In this document: positions 1-11,878 of the stretch, piece by piece
Position numbering within the stretch: position 1 is the stretch's first letter
Layout: every line of letters starts with the position of its first letter
Origin: Oculina patagonica
Taxonomy: Eukaryota
NCBI RefSeq assembly: GCF_052425735.1
Contig: NC_135765.1
Coordinates: 33,480,001-33,544,000, forward strand
Reading direction: 5' to 3'
Length of the DNA stretch: 64,000 nt
Made by a program: the position numbers and the translations under genes
The notes under the pieces: model-generated
Told to the model about the DNA's origin: nothing
The model's database searches: none
What the model saw: the letters and a program-made list of their open reading frames with translations, nothing else

Positions 1-248
1 ATTTTTCCAAAGATTTCCGATCATTTTTCGAAGTTTGTGCGAGCCTCGATCTTCTAAAAATTTCGAGAGAGTTCGTTCCAAAGCGTGCCAAGATATATCC
101 TAAAATGTTTTGTTTCTGCATAACTTCCTCTAACATAACAAACAATACAGCAATCCTATGGTTTGCGGTCTTTTACTGTTATGCGTTCGTCTGTCTACTT
201 CACATGTTGTTGTTTTTATTTGCCCGTGTAAACAGTGAACAATATCAC

Positions 249-2047
249 CTGTCACATAACACGTTGTTCCCAGACTGACACGTGACCCGTGTGACGGCAG
301 GCAGATCGTGCCGATTTTCCCGCCAAGAGTTGCTGGGCGCGACAATTTCAACACTGCTACGTCATGACGTAGACGCTGCATGGTGAATTGAGGATGTTTG
401 ATGACGCGGGAAACTCGAAAGACCTCTCCATCACCGGTTCTTCTATGAGCTCCTGTTTAGACAAATATATCGATAATGAGATAGTATGTCGGGGAAATAC
501 AGAGTGAAAAGTTTCAAAAACTTTGTAATCATTTTGTTTCGTTGCATCTTAGGCTTCTTCCAGTAACCATTCAGAGAAATGCTTACTTCAACTTATCAAG
601 AGCCGAGAAAATATCTGCCTTGTTTCAACAAGAGGTGCCCAGCAGGCTGACAGAAAAGGCCTGAAATTCACTAACAGCCACCTTTCCTCCCCCTTAGGGC
701 CCCTGGCTAGACCAGGGGGCTAAGTGGAATGCCTAGTCACCTTCGATGACAGCCAAGCTGTCAAAGGGCTGCAGACAGCTGCCAAAAACTTGACGATCGT
801 GAGTTAAATACCAAAACATTGCTCTGACTGGCAAATTCTGGTGAAATTGGCCCAAACCTTGACTATGCCCACCCCGTTAGCAAGCCAACAATTCAATGTC
901 TGATCCTGGGATCCCTAGGGCTGTTAGGTCAATGACTCATCTACTCGGCACAACCTTCCATGACGGAGCATCCCCCCCTCCCACCCCTCAATTCTCCGGG
1001 CGGGACTGGCTCGAAGTCGCACTACCGTCGGCCTTTAAACACAGATCCCGGAGTCCACCTTTTGTCAAATCAATGTATATATGTACAGTCAAATCTCTAG
1101 GAAAACAAGATCACAGAGGGGAAGTTAACGTACCGATAGCCAGTGTATATCGATTAGGGTCACTGCTATGGTCGACGCAATGGGCTGCAGAAACAACCCA
1201 ATCTTTGTTAACAAGGGAGGCGCCACAAATGTGCCGTCCATTATAACGAAGGGACACCTGCCAGGGCCATGAATGACGGGGTGCTTCTTCGCCTCCCACG
1301 ATTCGGGACCCAAACGGCTTCTGCCCGCATGCTGTTGAAGGTAAAAGATTGGTTAATATTTGTATTTAAGGTAATTATTACCCAAAAAGTTTTTTTCTTT
1401 CAGAGAGTGGCTTCGTTTTGTTATATAAATGAATAACATTTGAAACATCTTTAACATCAAATGTGTAGTGTATCATTGTTGAACAATTCATGTTCATTAC
1501 TTCTCACTGGCTTAAAATTTACCATCTTTATTATTTACTACACACTTGATGATCCTAGCAGTATGCAGGACGCGTGTCACATATCAACCTAGTCCCGGGG
1601 GTCGGGGGGCCGGGGTTTCAATTGACTGATGCATAAATGGCCCAGCTCATCACGAGTCTCTCGTAGCTCAGTTGGTTAGAGCACCCAACTAGTTTCTGGG
1701 AGGCCATGGGTTCGATTCCCGTCGAGGACTCAGATTTCTTCATGTTCCATGCTCGTGTTATTGTTGAACAATTCATCTTCATTATCTTTAACATCTTTAT
1801 TTTAAACCCAAGTTGGTTGACAGCAATATACTTTCAATACATCCATGAAAATTTTGTCTTTTTGTCCAAGTCAGAAGAAACTAGAGAATATTTCAATCAT
1901 CTTGAATTTGCTTTCCGTAGTATTAACCTACAAACAATTTAATTTGAATAATTTGTCATTTTAATGGTGAAAGACTTGCCTTTAAATCTTACCTTCTATA
2001 AAGGAGGGCGTTAAAATGCACACCAGCAAGGTGAGAACGAAAAACAT
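249..2047 (-). CDS. Secreted trypsin/chymotrypsin-like serine protease (S1A), 5' three exons: 2047-1993, 1331-1134, 452-249; continues beyond the window start
   Basis: Signal peptide [18 protein letters not shown]; activation site CGQKPFGSR|IVGG; [20 protein letters not shown] (catalytic His), HDVAVLKL (catalytic Asp), ICLP, CYVTG. Both complete introns are GT-AG and all three donors are phase 1, in frame. Confidence 0.93.
1500..1790 (+). mobile_element. tRNA-derived SINE-like repeat in protease intron 1
   Basis: A-box TAGCTCAGTTGG (about 1664) and B-box GTTCGATTCC (about 1710) in a tRNA-like segment at 1656-1729; the anticodon arm does not pair. Boundaries approximate. Confidence 0.65.
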
Positions 2048-2117
2048 CTTGGTGGTGATCTGAACAAAACAGGGATGAATTCTTCTTTTAGGCTGCCTTT
2101 CAGTTGCCAGTCATTTT

Positions 2118-2365
2118 GTGCAGCTGTGTTTGAGTCATGCTTTTGGCGACAAAAATCAGTCAAAACTAGTATAAACAGTCTAAAACCAGTCGTCATGTAT
2201 TCTAGTGTATATGTTGTGAACACAAAAGGGTGGCTTGTTCTTTTATGCTGCTCCTCAGTCAATTCTTGCAGCTGTGTTTGGACCATGCTTTTGGCGACAA
2301 AAATCAGTCATTTTTTGTATCAACAGTCTCAAAAACCCGTCATCAAGAATTCTCAGTATATGATC
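2118..2365. repeat. Imperfect direct duplication (period about 150 bp) just upstream of the protease start codon
   Basis: GCAGCTGTGTTTG..CATGCTTTTGGCGACAAAAATCAGTCA occurs at about 2120 and about 2268. Confidence 0.8.
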
Positions 2366-3337
2366 AATCATGTTTTGTTAACCTGAGGTAAGAAAATTTC
2401 CAAATTACATAGCAGGCTATGAGATTTAATCATCTGGTTTGCTGTGCTTTCGTGTCCATTATGTTATGCGCAAATACTATAAGTGGTAGCAAAACAATTT
2501 ACAGACAGTTCCATGAAAATTTAAAATAAGACTTGACTTATGTCATTTATACCCCGAATGCGATAATATATATGTAGCTGGATGCATATGAAAACGTTAA
2601 AATGGAGAGTTTCTCTTGGAAACAACCTGAGGGAAAGAAGCTATATCCATATATTTGAGAACTATCATTATTCTTAATAACTGCTTTGCTATTGAGTGGT
2701 CGTTAATGTTAAAGTTGCATTGCCTTTAAGTTTATTGGTAAAAATATATTGTAATTATAAACCTGTTTTAAGGTTAAAGTTTGTGTGATATACCAAAATC
2801 CTTATTCATTGGTTGTCTAACGAGCTTACATAATTATATAAATACGCCAGCGCGTCTGCATCTAACATTGCTTGTTGTTTTTTGGGATTTGAATTGAGCG
2901 CTAGAATACACTGGTGCAAGCTATCTTTGTGAATCTGAATGAATCTAAATGACGGTTTTGTTCGTGCGAGTTTACTGATCCTAAGTGTCTTACTTACCTA
3001 CATCGCTTTGTATAAACATCAAGGCTGTTGTCTATTCTGTAACGCAGGTGAAAGGAACGTTATTTTTGTAGCTGGAATGTGTATGTTTTCTCAGCCGATC
3101 TTAGCCGGTCTTATTGTTTAAATAAAATATTTTTCTGTTCATGTTTTTCCCAATATAATAATTGGATTTCTTTTGAGGTATTTTCCTTGAACTTACTTTA
3201 TTTCGGTTGATTATTTTCAAGTTCGGTTAAAAAAAACGTAGTAAAATAAAATCTTAATCAATGTCGGATTGTTAACCGTTTTGATTAAAAAACTCTAAAG
3301 GCCCAGCGATCAAAGACATGGTCAGGAAGAACTGAAT

Positions 3338-3698
3338 GTGGAGAACGTGCTTAGAACATCAGATGATAATATTTAATTTTACTTGATGTGTCCGGGTAGG
3401 CAGAAGTTTTTGCTAAGAGTGATTAGGATTGTCCAGTCTGGAAAGAAAGAAACAATAGCACTATTTTATAAAACGGGAAAAGAAACTCAACTTGAAAGGT
3501 GGCTTTTAATTTGCATGGAAAGGGGCCGTGGAGAACGTGCTTAGAACATGATAACATTTTAATACAATTAATGGGGCCGGGTAGGCAGAAGTTTTTGCTA
3601 AGAGTGATTAGGATTGTCCAGTCTGGAAAGAGAGAAACAATAGCACTAGTCTTTACGACGGGAAAAGAAACTCAACTTTAAAGCAGGCTTTTAATTTA
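3338..3698. repeat. Tandem duplication, unit about 190 bp
   Basis: GTGGAGAACGTGCTTAGAACAT...CCGGGTAGGCAGAAGTTTTTGCTAAGAGTGATTAGGATTGTCCAGTCTGGAAAG...GAAACTCAACTT occurs twice. Confidence 0.9.
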
Positions 3699-3901
3699 CG
3701 TCAGATTATCTTGCCATTTTTCAGACCAAATCTTTATTCTGACCTGTCACAAACGCTGCTAATTTTTAACCTCCCTTGTTCGTCAGTCTTGTTTTTTAAA
3801 TTCGATTTGAAGATATAATTTCACAATTATGTATGCATAGCTCTTTTGCAACCCAACTCATGTGAATTTCGAGCCGTCTATTTGTGATTAATTGTATTTT
3901 A

Positions 3902-5229
3902 GGCATCGTTTACACGGACGCGGTTATTAATCAACACGGTTTCATAACCGCGAAACCGCATCGAAAACGACACGGTTTCGAAGTGTTTACACGAAACATA
4001 TCCTACCGTTTTCTAAGTGTTTCCAAACGTGATTGTAAAGCAAGCGCTGCACTCTGTGCGAGGTTCGTCATGTTTACCCCTCGCGATCCAGTCAATTTGT
4101 GGCAAAACACTCGACCGTTTTCACATCAATGCGGTTTTGCCGTTTACACGACCAATGAAACCGTATTGTTTTGAAAACGCTCCACTTTTGAGAGCGTTTT
4201 CAGAACGATCCGGTTTCATTTGTGTCTCGACAAAACCGCATATCGGTCCTCTAAATTCGGTCATTATCGGAGATAATCGAATCGACTGGGTAAAACACAC
4301 TCGCCTTTTGGGCGTCACTATCGATGACCGGCTGGCCTGGTCACATCATCTTACAGATGTAAAAAAGAGTTTTGTGAACAAACTGAACCTCTTAAAGAGG
4401 AGTTCGTTCTTAAGGAGAGAAGCCCTTCTGGATTTGTATTATAAGGTCATCCTGCCGGCAGTTCTTTATAGTCTTGTCGTCTGGGGCGGTTGTGTTAATG
4501 CAGAGCAACTAAATTCTTTGGAAGTGCTCCATTGTAGGGCGGCCAGAGTGATTTACAACCTGCTCCGCGCCGCGATATGCCATCCGCTGAAGTCTACCAG
4601 TATACGAAATGGAACACACTAAACTACTTATACAAACTCCGGATAATTAAACTAATTTACAGGGTGGTAAACGGTGAAGCACCAGCTGCATTGTCACACC
4701 TAGCGAAAAAAGCCAGGATTTCTTACAGCCTCAGAAGAAACAATAACATCGTGGTCCCTAGATTTAATTCATACTTTGTAAAAAATTCAATTGAACATAG
4801 GGGGGCCATCCTATGGAATGCTGTTTCGTCGTATAATACAGGATCCCAATTTTCGGTTTTCTATCGAAAAGTGAAAAATGACAATTATATTAAGGAGCTT
4901 AATTTCAATGCTCAGTCGGTTCAGTCGCTCCCTAGGCATTACAATGACTTTAATGTTACTGATTGTTATGTAATTAATTATTTTTATAGTAGATACGATC
5001 CAATTTAGTATATAAGCATTTAGTTGTAATTTAGAAATCTATTAGTTTATTAGTATTTTGTAATATTAAGTATAATACACGACCCCACAAGCATTGTGCT
5101 TTAAACCCTATCGTGTGTAAATAAAGGTTTTGATGATGATGATGATGATCGGCGCCGTGTAAACGAAAGGCGTAACCGCATCGAAAGCGACGTGGTTACA
5201 AATGAAACCGCGTCCGTGTAAACAGTGCC
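3902..5229. mobile_element. PIF/Harbinger-type MITE carrying a nested LINE fragment
   Basis: TIRs GGCATCGTTTACACGGACGCGGTT / AACCGCGTCCGTGTAAACAGTGCC; flanking TTA target-site duplication. Confidence 0.75.
4247..5147 (+). mobile_element. 5'-truncated CR1/L2-group LINE (RT C-terminal region, frameshifted near 4575)
   Basis: LLGVTIDDRLAWSHH, LYYKVILPAVLYSLVVWG, YSLR, RGAILWN; AATAAA followed by a (TGA)n tail; ATCGG repeated at both junctions. Confidence 0.88.
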
Positions 5230-5233
5230 TTAA

Positions 5234-5341
5234 ACTTAAACGCATGACGATACTTAAACGCATGACGATACTTAAACGCATGACGATACTTAAACGCATG
5301 ACGATACTTAAACGCATGACGATACTTAAACGCATGACGAT
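5234..5341. repeat. Perfect minisatellite (ACTTAAACGCATGACGAT)x6
   Basis: Six identical 18-bp units with no spacers, abutting the MITE end. Confidence 0.95.
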
Positions 5342-6206
5342 AGCCGATCTGCGATTTGGGTGGGGCATGTCTATATTTGGAGCATTTGCGTTGATGATTC
5401 AATTCATCATTCATTCATCACAAGGGCTTACCCCCAAAGCTTTGTTTACATTATCAAATGAAAACAAATTGTTTCAAAGTTAAACTGGTTTCATGATCAA
5501 GTGATAGCGGGTGTATTAACATCCCTCAAAACAAATCGGAGAGGAGGTGTGTTTCCTTGCCGGACCAAGTGCGATCATTTTCACTTTCGAGCGAGTAATC
5601 CCCAGAGCTTCAACTCAGTGTGGCATAGGGTTTATAGTCATAAGTTCTTTATTCTTTATCCAAACTTCAAATAATTTTGAAAATATCGACTCTTAATATT
5701 TTCAGTTTCTATAAACTGAAGTGCACTTTAGCGCTTAGATATTCTAAATTATATCAACAAAGAGCAAAGTTATAAGCATCAAAAGCATGAGGTTATCGGA
5801 AATCCTGGCAGTGTTTCCTCTTTGCAATTTACCTTCATTAATAAAATAATCCCCCCTCGTTAACCCCTAGACCTCCATTGCTCTACGATAAAATAAGGAA
5901 CAAGCTTTCAGTGTGTACATAAGTTGCCTATTAACTGACTGAGTAGTCCAGACGGGAAAATCTTTCGAATGAGATCATGACGTACATGCAAGCGACTGAT
6001 ATTCCCACTTGGCTCGACTGACCAACCCAGACAATAAGTATCTTATCTAATGAATCTTTCCTCAATACGATTTAAAGAAAAAAGAAATGCTTTGGTACAA
6101 TTCAAACGAGAGATTTGTTGAAGTGCTCCTACTTAGCGAATAGCTGACGCATATAATGTAGGATGGCCTTGCTCGCGTCATGGCGTGGGACTGTTTTTCT
6201 ATAGAA

Positions 6207-6370
6207 TGACGTCAGTGGGGTTACAAGGGTCACGTGATAACACACTGATGTTGTTTTCAACGGTACCTTGTGCGTTACATTCTAAAGTGCCACACAATGG
6301 GCTCTGTTCCTTAAATAGCGGATTAACACTTCAGTTTGCCCATCCCAATAGCTTATACGGGTGTATATAA
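6207..6370 (+). promoter_or_regulatory. Putative promoter of homeobox gene A: CRE, E-box, MADS-like box, TATA
   Basis: TGACGTCA 6207-6214, CACGTG 6231-6236, CCTTAAATAG 6309-6318, TATATAA 6364-6370; ATG at 6476. Confidence 0.55.
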
Positions 6371-6475
6371 GCAGGTGACAGACTAATTCTAAAATACTGA
6401 CTAGTCAGACTGATACCACCATTTTCGCTTTCCGTAAAGGTAAAATATTGTCTATTCACTGTCGCCGTTATTGAA

Positions 6476-9400
6476 ATGGAATCTCGTCAGCCAAAAGTTA
6501 ATGTCTCCTTTTCCATTGAAAATATTTTACGAGACGATTTTCCTTATCGACAGAAAGCAAACGAAACTGTCAGTCTACCAACAAGTGAAACAAATTTTGA
6601 ACGATGGCCAAATACAGCAGTTTACCAGTATTATGCAGCTCATTTCAGTCCCGTTGTTGTCAGGAGTCTCCCCAACATGCACAGAGTTGAAGGAAGATTC
6701 AATGGATGTAACGGAGGAAGAGAACAGATTTTATGTCAAGAGCATAACACGACAGCAGGTTATTCAAGATGCCAAGATGAATCTGCGCTCCAACATAAAA
6801 AGGGTAAGAATTATGTTTTTCCAAACTTGATGCTTGGCGAAATGACATCCCGGAAAAATTTATTGTTAAAATATGGCTTATTCCGAACATTAAATTGACT
6901 ATATCTTTTAAATTCATAAAATAAAACACGATTAAAAAATTTAAATTATTACATATCAAACAGGCGATAACATTACTTTGGTATGCTAATAGGGTATAAC
7001 GTGTTTATTTTGTAACGCTCAAATACAAACTGTAAACCGTGATTGAGTTTTAAGCTGTGTGTTGGATAAATTGAATTTCTCTGATGGGAAAAAGGAGACT
7101 GATCTTGTGAAAAATATTCATTGTCATACATACCCTTCAAGAATACAGACAATATATAGAAACATTAATTCGCTATGACGCACTAACATTGTCGTAGAAA
7201 CAAATTTCACTTTTCAAGTTAAGGGAGGTGAAAAACCCCAACGTACTGAAGTCAGTAGCTTAATTTATTCGACTTGGAAGCCAATTTTTGTTCCCTTACT
7301 GTAAAATTCAAACAGAAAAAAAAATAGATGAAAATAAGAGGTACTAAATTTATTTCATTGAAAACTACAGTTGTAAGCATTGTTGTAAGCATTAATAAAA
7401 AAAATAATAATAAAAAAAATAAAAAATAATAAAAAGAAAAAAAGAAAACTACAAGCATATCATGACTTGCTCAGGGTCTGCAGCTCAACACCCGGGCGAA
7501 CTGTAAAGCGTAACTCTCGAGGAATGCCCGTCGGCATTGAAGAATACCCTAAAAGCTCAGAATCTCTTTCAACTTTAAACTGCCAACCCAGAAATTGCAT
7601 GGAACAACTTCTACACTCAGTTTTGCAGAATTACTCTTTTAAATTAAAGTAACCGCGATAGAAACAGCTGTGAGCTGTATCCCTAAGTTATACTAAAAGT
7701 AGTATATCCCCAGCATACAAAATAGGAAATTATCTTTCAAAACTTAACTCTTAATGCTGAGTCATTTAAGTTTGCGTGTTGTAGACAACCGCAAAGTTCT
7801 TTTGATTTCATTTCGTTTCCGCGGTACCCATGAAGTCAATTGCTTACAGCCTTATATTACACTATAAATTGTAATGAAAAGTGGTTACGAAACATGACTA
7901 TGATCCTGTTAAATTTCTTCTCATGAGATATGTTTTTAACCATCCCTTGTTGTATTTACCTTAAAAAAAGAGGTTCGGGTAATTCATTTGTTGGTATGGA
8001 AAACAAAAACTGTACCCAAAGGGCTGTTCCATGTACACAACGAAGTTAATTCTCGTTGCAATATATATAAGGATTCGTGTTCTCTTTGCTATTTTTATTT
8101 GGTTTAACATAAACTTAAGGTTAAAATAAAAACTGGGTCGAAGGTGTAAGTGCCACACCCCGACCACAGCTGTTTCTAGACATAAAATCTCTTTTGTTCT
8201 TTATTTTTTCAGCTGAGTATAGGATATGATATCGGTTTTCCAAGCATATTTTGGTTTCGTGCTTCAGTGCTTTAGCTAACAAAAGGGTGTGACCGATTTG
8301 AGAGCCCTGGCGACATAGCTGTCCGCCTTACAATATTTTCAAAAATGTCGTGACAGTTAACAGTAAACCTTTGAAATTTGTACGTTCTTTAATATTGACC
8401 TTTCAGCTGGTCACATTTAGTCTCAACTCTGAACGAACTCGGGCATGGGTAAACATGCATGCAATAGTTACACAAAGATTCAAGGTGCAAGAAATCGTAT
8501 CAGGAAAATTGTATGATTAAGTTGCAATGGTAACTTTAAACTTTACACTTAAATTAATATGAAGTAATAAATTGCAGCTTTAATTAATTAATTGAGCTGG
8601 TCAACTGCTTGGACGTGCTTCCTAACCTCAGTGAAAAAAATATCTAAGTATAAGTTTTTTCAATTGTTTCCATCCGCTGCAGTTGTATTTCAGGAAAGAC
8701 TTGAGTGTTTGTTTTGCTTTATATAGTGGCTTTTGAGAACTATTTTATCAGTTTAACCTTGTGACTGTGTTAAAAAGTATATTGCTTGAAGCGGCGCGCT
8801 GTAAAAGCAACTGTTTTTAGGAGGATAACAGACCTGCCAACTCCCACGGTTCTGCAGTGAGTCTCCGATTTTTATTTTTTTTCTCACGGTCTCACGACAA
8901 GGCTACCAAATCGCGATTTTTGAAAAATCATTCTGAAATGAAATATTACCTTGTTGAATATGAAAATGGAACATTTATGGGTTATGTTAATGCCTTAAAG
9001 TAATGACTTATCAAAACACTGCACTACTACATTTTGTACCGTACTGCGTGTTTTTACTACTGTTTGCCGTTTCTTAGTTCCAAGGCTTCTGCTTAAAAAT
9101 TACCTGCAACGGTTGTTAACTGTTAATGAACGAAGGGAGATTCCATCCCATGCTGAATTTCCCAGTAATCTTTGCAGTTTATTAATCTTGATCGGGAAAA
9201 AAATGAATCCCACTTCTTTTTAAAAAATCTTCCGTTGGGTCTCTAGAGTTTTCGTTATTGGGGTTTGGCAGGTTTGAGGATAGGATATCAGGCTGCCATT
9301 TGACTTATTAACTTTACGCTTTATATGTAACAATAGGGTATTCAAATTAAAAATATTAGAACGTTGGTAAATATAAAACGAATTGATCGGATATTCTCTT

Positions 9401-10218
9401 ATATACTTTCTAGTCTTTTAAATTCAATTTGTATTCAGACGTTTAAATATAGAAGGAAAAATTTAAGTATATACAATAAATTAACATCTTTTAAAAACTG
9501 CAACTGTTTTTACAGATATATTTAATTCCGGGTATGCATTGTTATTTGCAAACAATAACTGAAACCTTTTTGTTGAATACAGCCATGTTTTATTTTAAGA
9601 CCGGTATTCTATATCTTGGTGTTGCAAAACCGTTTTTGCGTGCCCTGTCTCCAATTGTTTATGCGTAAACGTAGGTGAATATTTTATTAGATAATTTGGA
9701 TATTTTATTCACTGCTTGATAAGTAATATGGATTGAACGGTTACCGCAACATGCAATGTAAACACTTATTTATATTGAACCAGCGTGCAATGCACATCAC
9801 GACCCAAAACTCCTCAATACGTCTCTTTTTAATCAAAGCTTGCAAACTACATCTTAATCTAAACAACTGTTATTTCTCAGGCCCCAAAATAAACGGCAAA
9901 GAAGAAGAATCATTCAACTCAAAAGCGTGTAGCAGTGACGATGGCACGCGTAAACGAAAGAAAAGAAATCGCAGCCATTTCACCAAGCATCAACTCGAGT
10001 ATTTGGAGAAGCTGTTTTCCCGCCAAAAGTACCTAACGCGCGACGAACGCACACTTTTAGCGAGAAGCCTGGAAATGACTGAACTACAGATCCGAAACTG
10101 GTTTCAAAACCGGAGATACCTGAAACGACATCAAGCCAATAGAAAAACACAAAGCAGGATGAACCGGATTCTTCAACGCGTGTACGCGTGTAAAGCAAAG
10201 TGGCAAGTTCGATGTTAG
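6476..10218 (+). CDS. NK-like (NKL) homeobox gene A, join(6476..6803,9881..10218), 221 aa
   Basis: eh1/TN motif FSIENILRDDF; donor G|GTAAG at 6804 and acceptor TTTCTCAG|GC at 9880 join in frame; HD RKKRNRSHFTKHQLEYLEKLFSRQKYLTRDERTLLARSLEMTELQIRNWFQNRRYLKRH. Confidence 0.9.
8701..8750 (+). promoter_or_regulatory. Conserved intronic element (NK site + forkhead-like), gene A copy
   Basis: TTGAGTGTTTGTTTTGCTTTATATAGTGGCTTTTGAGAAC; paralogous copies lie in the B, C, D and psi1 introns. Confidence 0.7.
8829..9276. mobile_element. Non-autonomous DNA transposon in gene A intron
   Basis: TIRs CAGACCTGCCAAC / GTTTGGCAGGTTTG; AGGATA on both flanks. Confidence 0.6.
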
Positions 10219-10959
10219 TGATGGAATAGAGATGAAACAGTTAGCAAACGCGAGTGTTAATCGAAAAATAAGCAAAGCTAGAGAAAATATATTTTTTCGA
10301 TATAAAATTATAATATATGGCGCAAATGTTCCTTCCATAGTGATCGGTTGCATCTGTCGCCATGAAAACCTAAAGTACTTAATAGTTTACTAGCCTACTA
10401 TGGCACTATGCTGTTGTTAATATTCTACACTTTAAAGTGACTAAAAGCATTAATCTTGAGGTAATTTCCAAGTCGATCTGAGTGCTATTAGTTTTGATTT
10501 TCAATTTTTCCTGTCCTTCATTAGCCATATCATCGACACCTTGCTAGGTTTTTAATGCTTTTGGTCCTAAAAGTATCTTCAAGAAGACCATCGCTTTAGG
10601 TTTTTCGTACGTAGTGAACAACAGTGCTTTTAGCTCCATTAAAAGAAATCAATGCTACAATGTAAATGGCAGTTGCGTCTCATATAGCGTTTTGTATCAC
10701 AGGAATCAGAAATATTGAATGAACAAAATGTTGCTAGAAAGCATCGCAATTTAAAGCAAGATCTGGTTATAGAGCATGGTAAAAGAATAAGACGGACCTT
10801 ACTTACTCGGGGATAAATGAAATTAACGTAATTGGGACAGATTTTACCAACGATGTTTTCTTCCGAAGTGACTACGGATTTGCGTGCGAGATTAACCTTG
10901 CTTCAAATAACCGTAGATGCCTTTAAATCAATATATTTGCCTAAAACAACAGCTATGCG

Positions 10960-11197
10960 GGCTCACAAACGGATGGCTAAAGGTCTCTTTAATATATTTT
11001 ATTTGAAGATCGGTCATTTCTTAACCGATTGCGTGCGTTCGTCGCGTATTGTATTCTTTTGTGGGCGGGAAACTAACGTCTTCAGATATCAGACGATATT
11101 GCTGTTGAGGCTGGATAAAACGGCATTACTTTGGCTCTTAATTAGTTTGGTAGCGTATTCTCTGAATTAAAGAGTGTCATATCATTTTTAGAATCAT
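10960..11197 (-). pseudogene. psi1: decayed homeobox exon of an inverted NK-like paralog
   Basis: Exact 17-bp GCGTGCGTTCGTCGCGT (11031-11047) shared with the C/D homeobox; collinear matches TCGGTCATTTC, GGCGGGAAA, CAGATAT, GTTGAGGCTGG; acceptor CAG|ATGAT at 11198/11197 as in the paralogs; many indels. Confidence 0.8.
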
Positions 11198-11564
11198 CTG
11201 CTGTTAAGAATGAACGCTTCGTAAAAAGGTCAAACAAAAAGCTAGCCACTTCGTGCAAGTAAAAGCATTGATCATTTCCTTACCAGACAACAAGTTAACG
11301 TTATGGTATGTTACCTTGAATTGCATGTAAATTTCGTTTTTAATTTGTCTACGTTAAAGCTGTTGTCGTGATGTTTGTTTCAACCTGATTCAATATAATG
11401 CACCTATAACTACCACTGATCTATTTTTAGCAAGATTTCGAGAACCTTAAAAAACAAACCTTGATCATAGAAAACCACCCGAAAAATAATGGTTTGTTCG
11501 TGCTTTCATAGAAGCGTACTCGACCAATGACAGGAACCCATTAGGAAGTGAGGACGACTTACGG

Positions 11565-11878
11565 TTTTTTTTTTCGCTCGTTCGATCGCGGCTTCGCCAC
11601 TCTCTCGACGATTGCGGCTTCGCCGCTCTTTGTCACCAAAAAAAAAAACCTTCTGGAACCCAGGGTAGCTGTTTTCGGTCCTAGCCACAGCAAGTCACAT
11701 TTGCCTTTTAACAATGCAGGAGTAGAGTCAGTAGAGGCTTGTTTCCATATCGTTTTCAAATTATATTGGGTTTTTTTTTGCATCATCCATTATCAAGTAC
11801 ACAAATTTGTGTGTCTTTTGCGGCTTTGCCGCTCTTTGTCACCGCAAAAAAAAAAAAACCCTCTGGAACCCAGGGTAG
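11565..11878. repeat. Two fragments of a dispersed repeat
   Basis: CGGCTTYGCCGCTCTTTGTCACC..A-run..CTGGAACCCAGGGTAG at about 11615-11669 and 11820-11878. Confidence 0.65.

Noticed and set aside
1656-1729. tRNA gene
   Set aside because: A and B boxes are present but the anticodon arm does not fold and the segment is embedded in a longer repeat. The same applies to the heads at 50310-50385 and 55257-55330.
5108-5483. Repetitive ORFs and a CRISPR-like look of the 18-bp array
   Set aside because: Head-to-tail identical units with no spacers, no cas genes and a eukaryotic context; the ORFs are translations of the minisatellite.
6804-6898. ORF-track C-termini of exon-1 ORFs and N-termini of homeobox ORFs in all five genes
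   Set aside because: These are read-through into introns; paralog similarity stops at the GT/AG sites.
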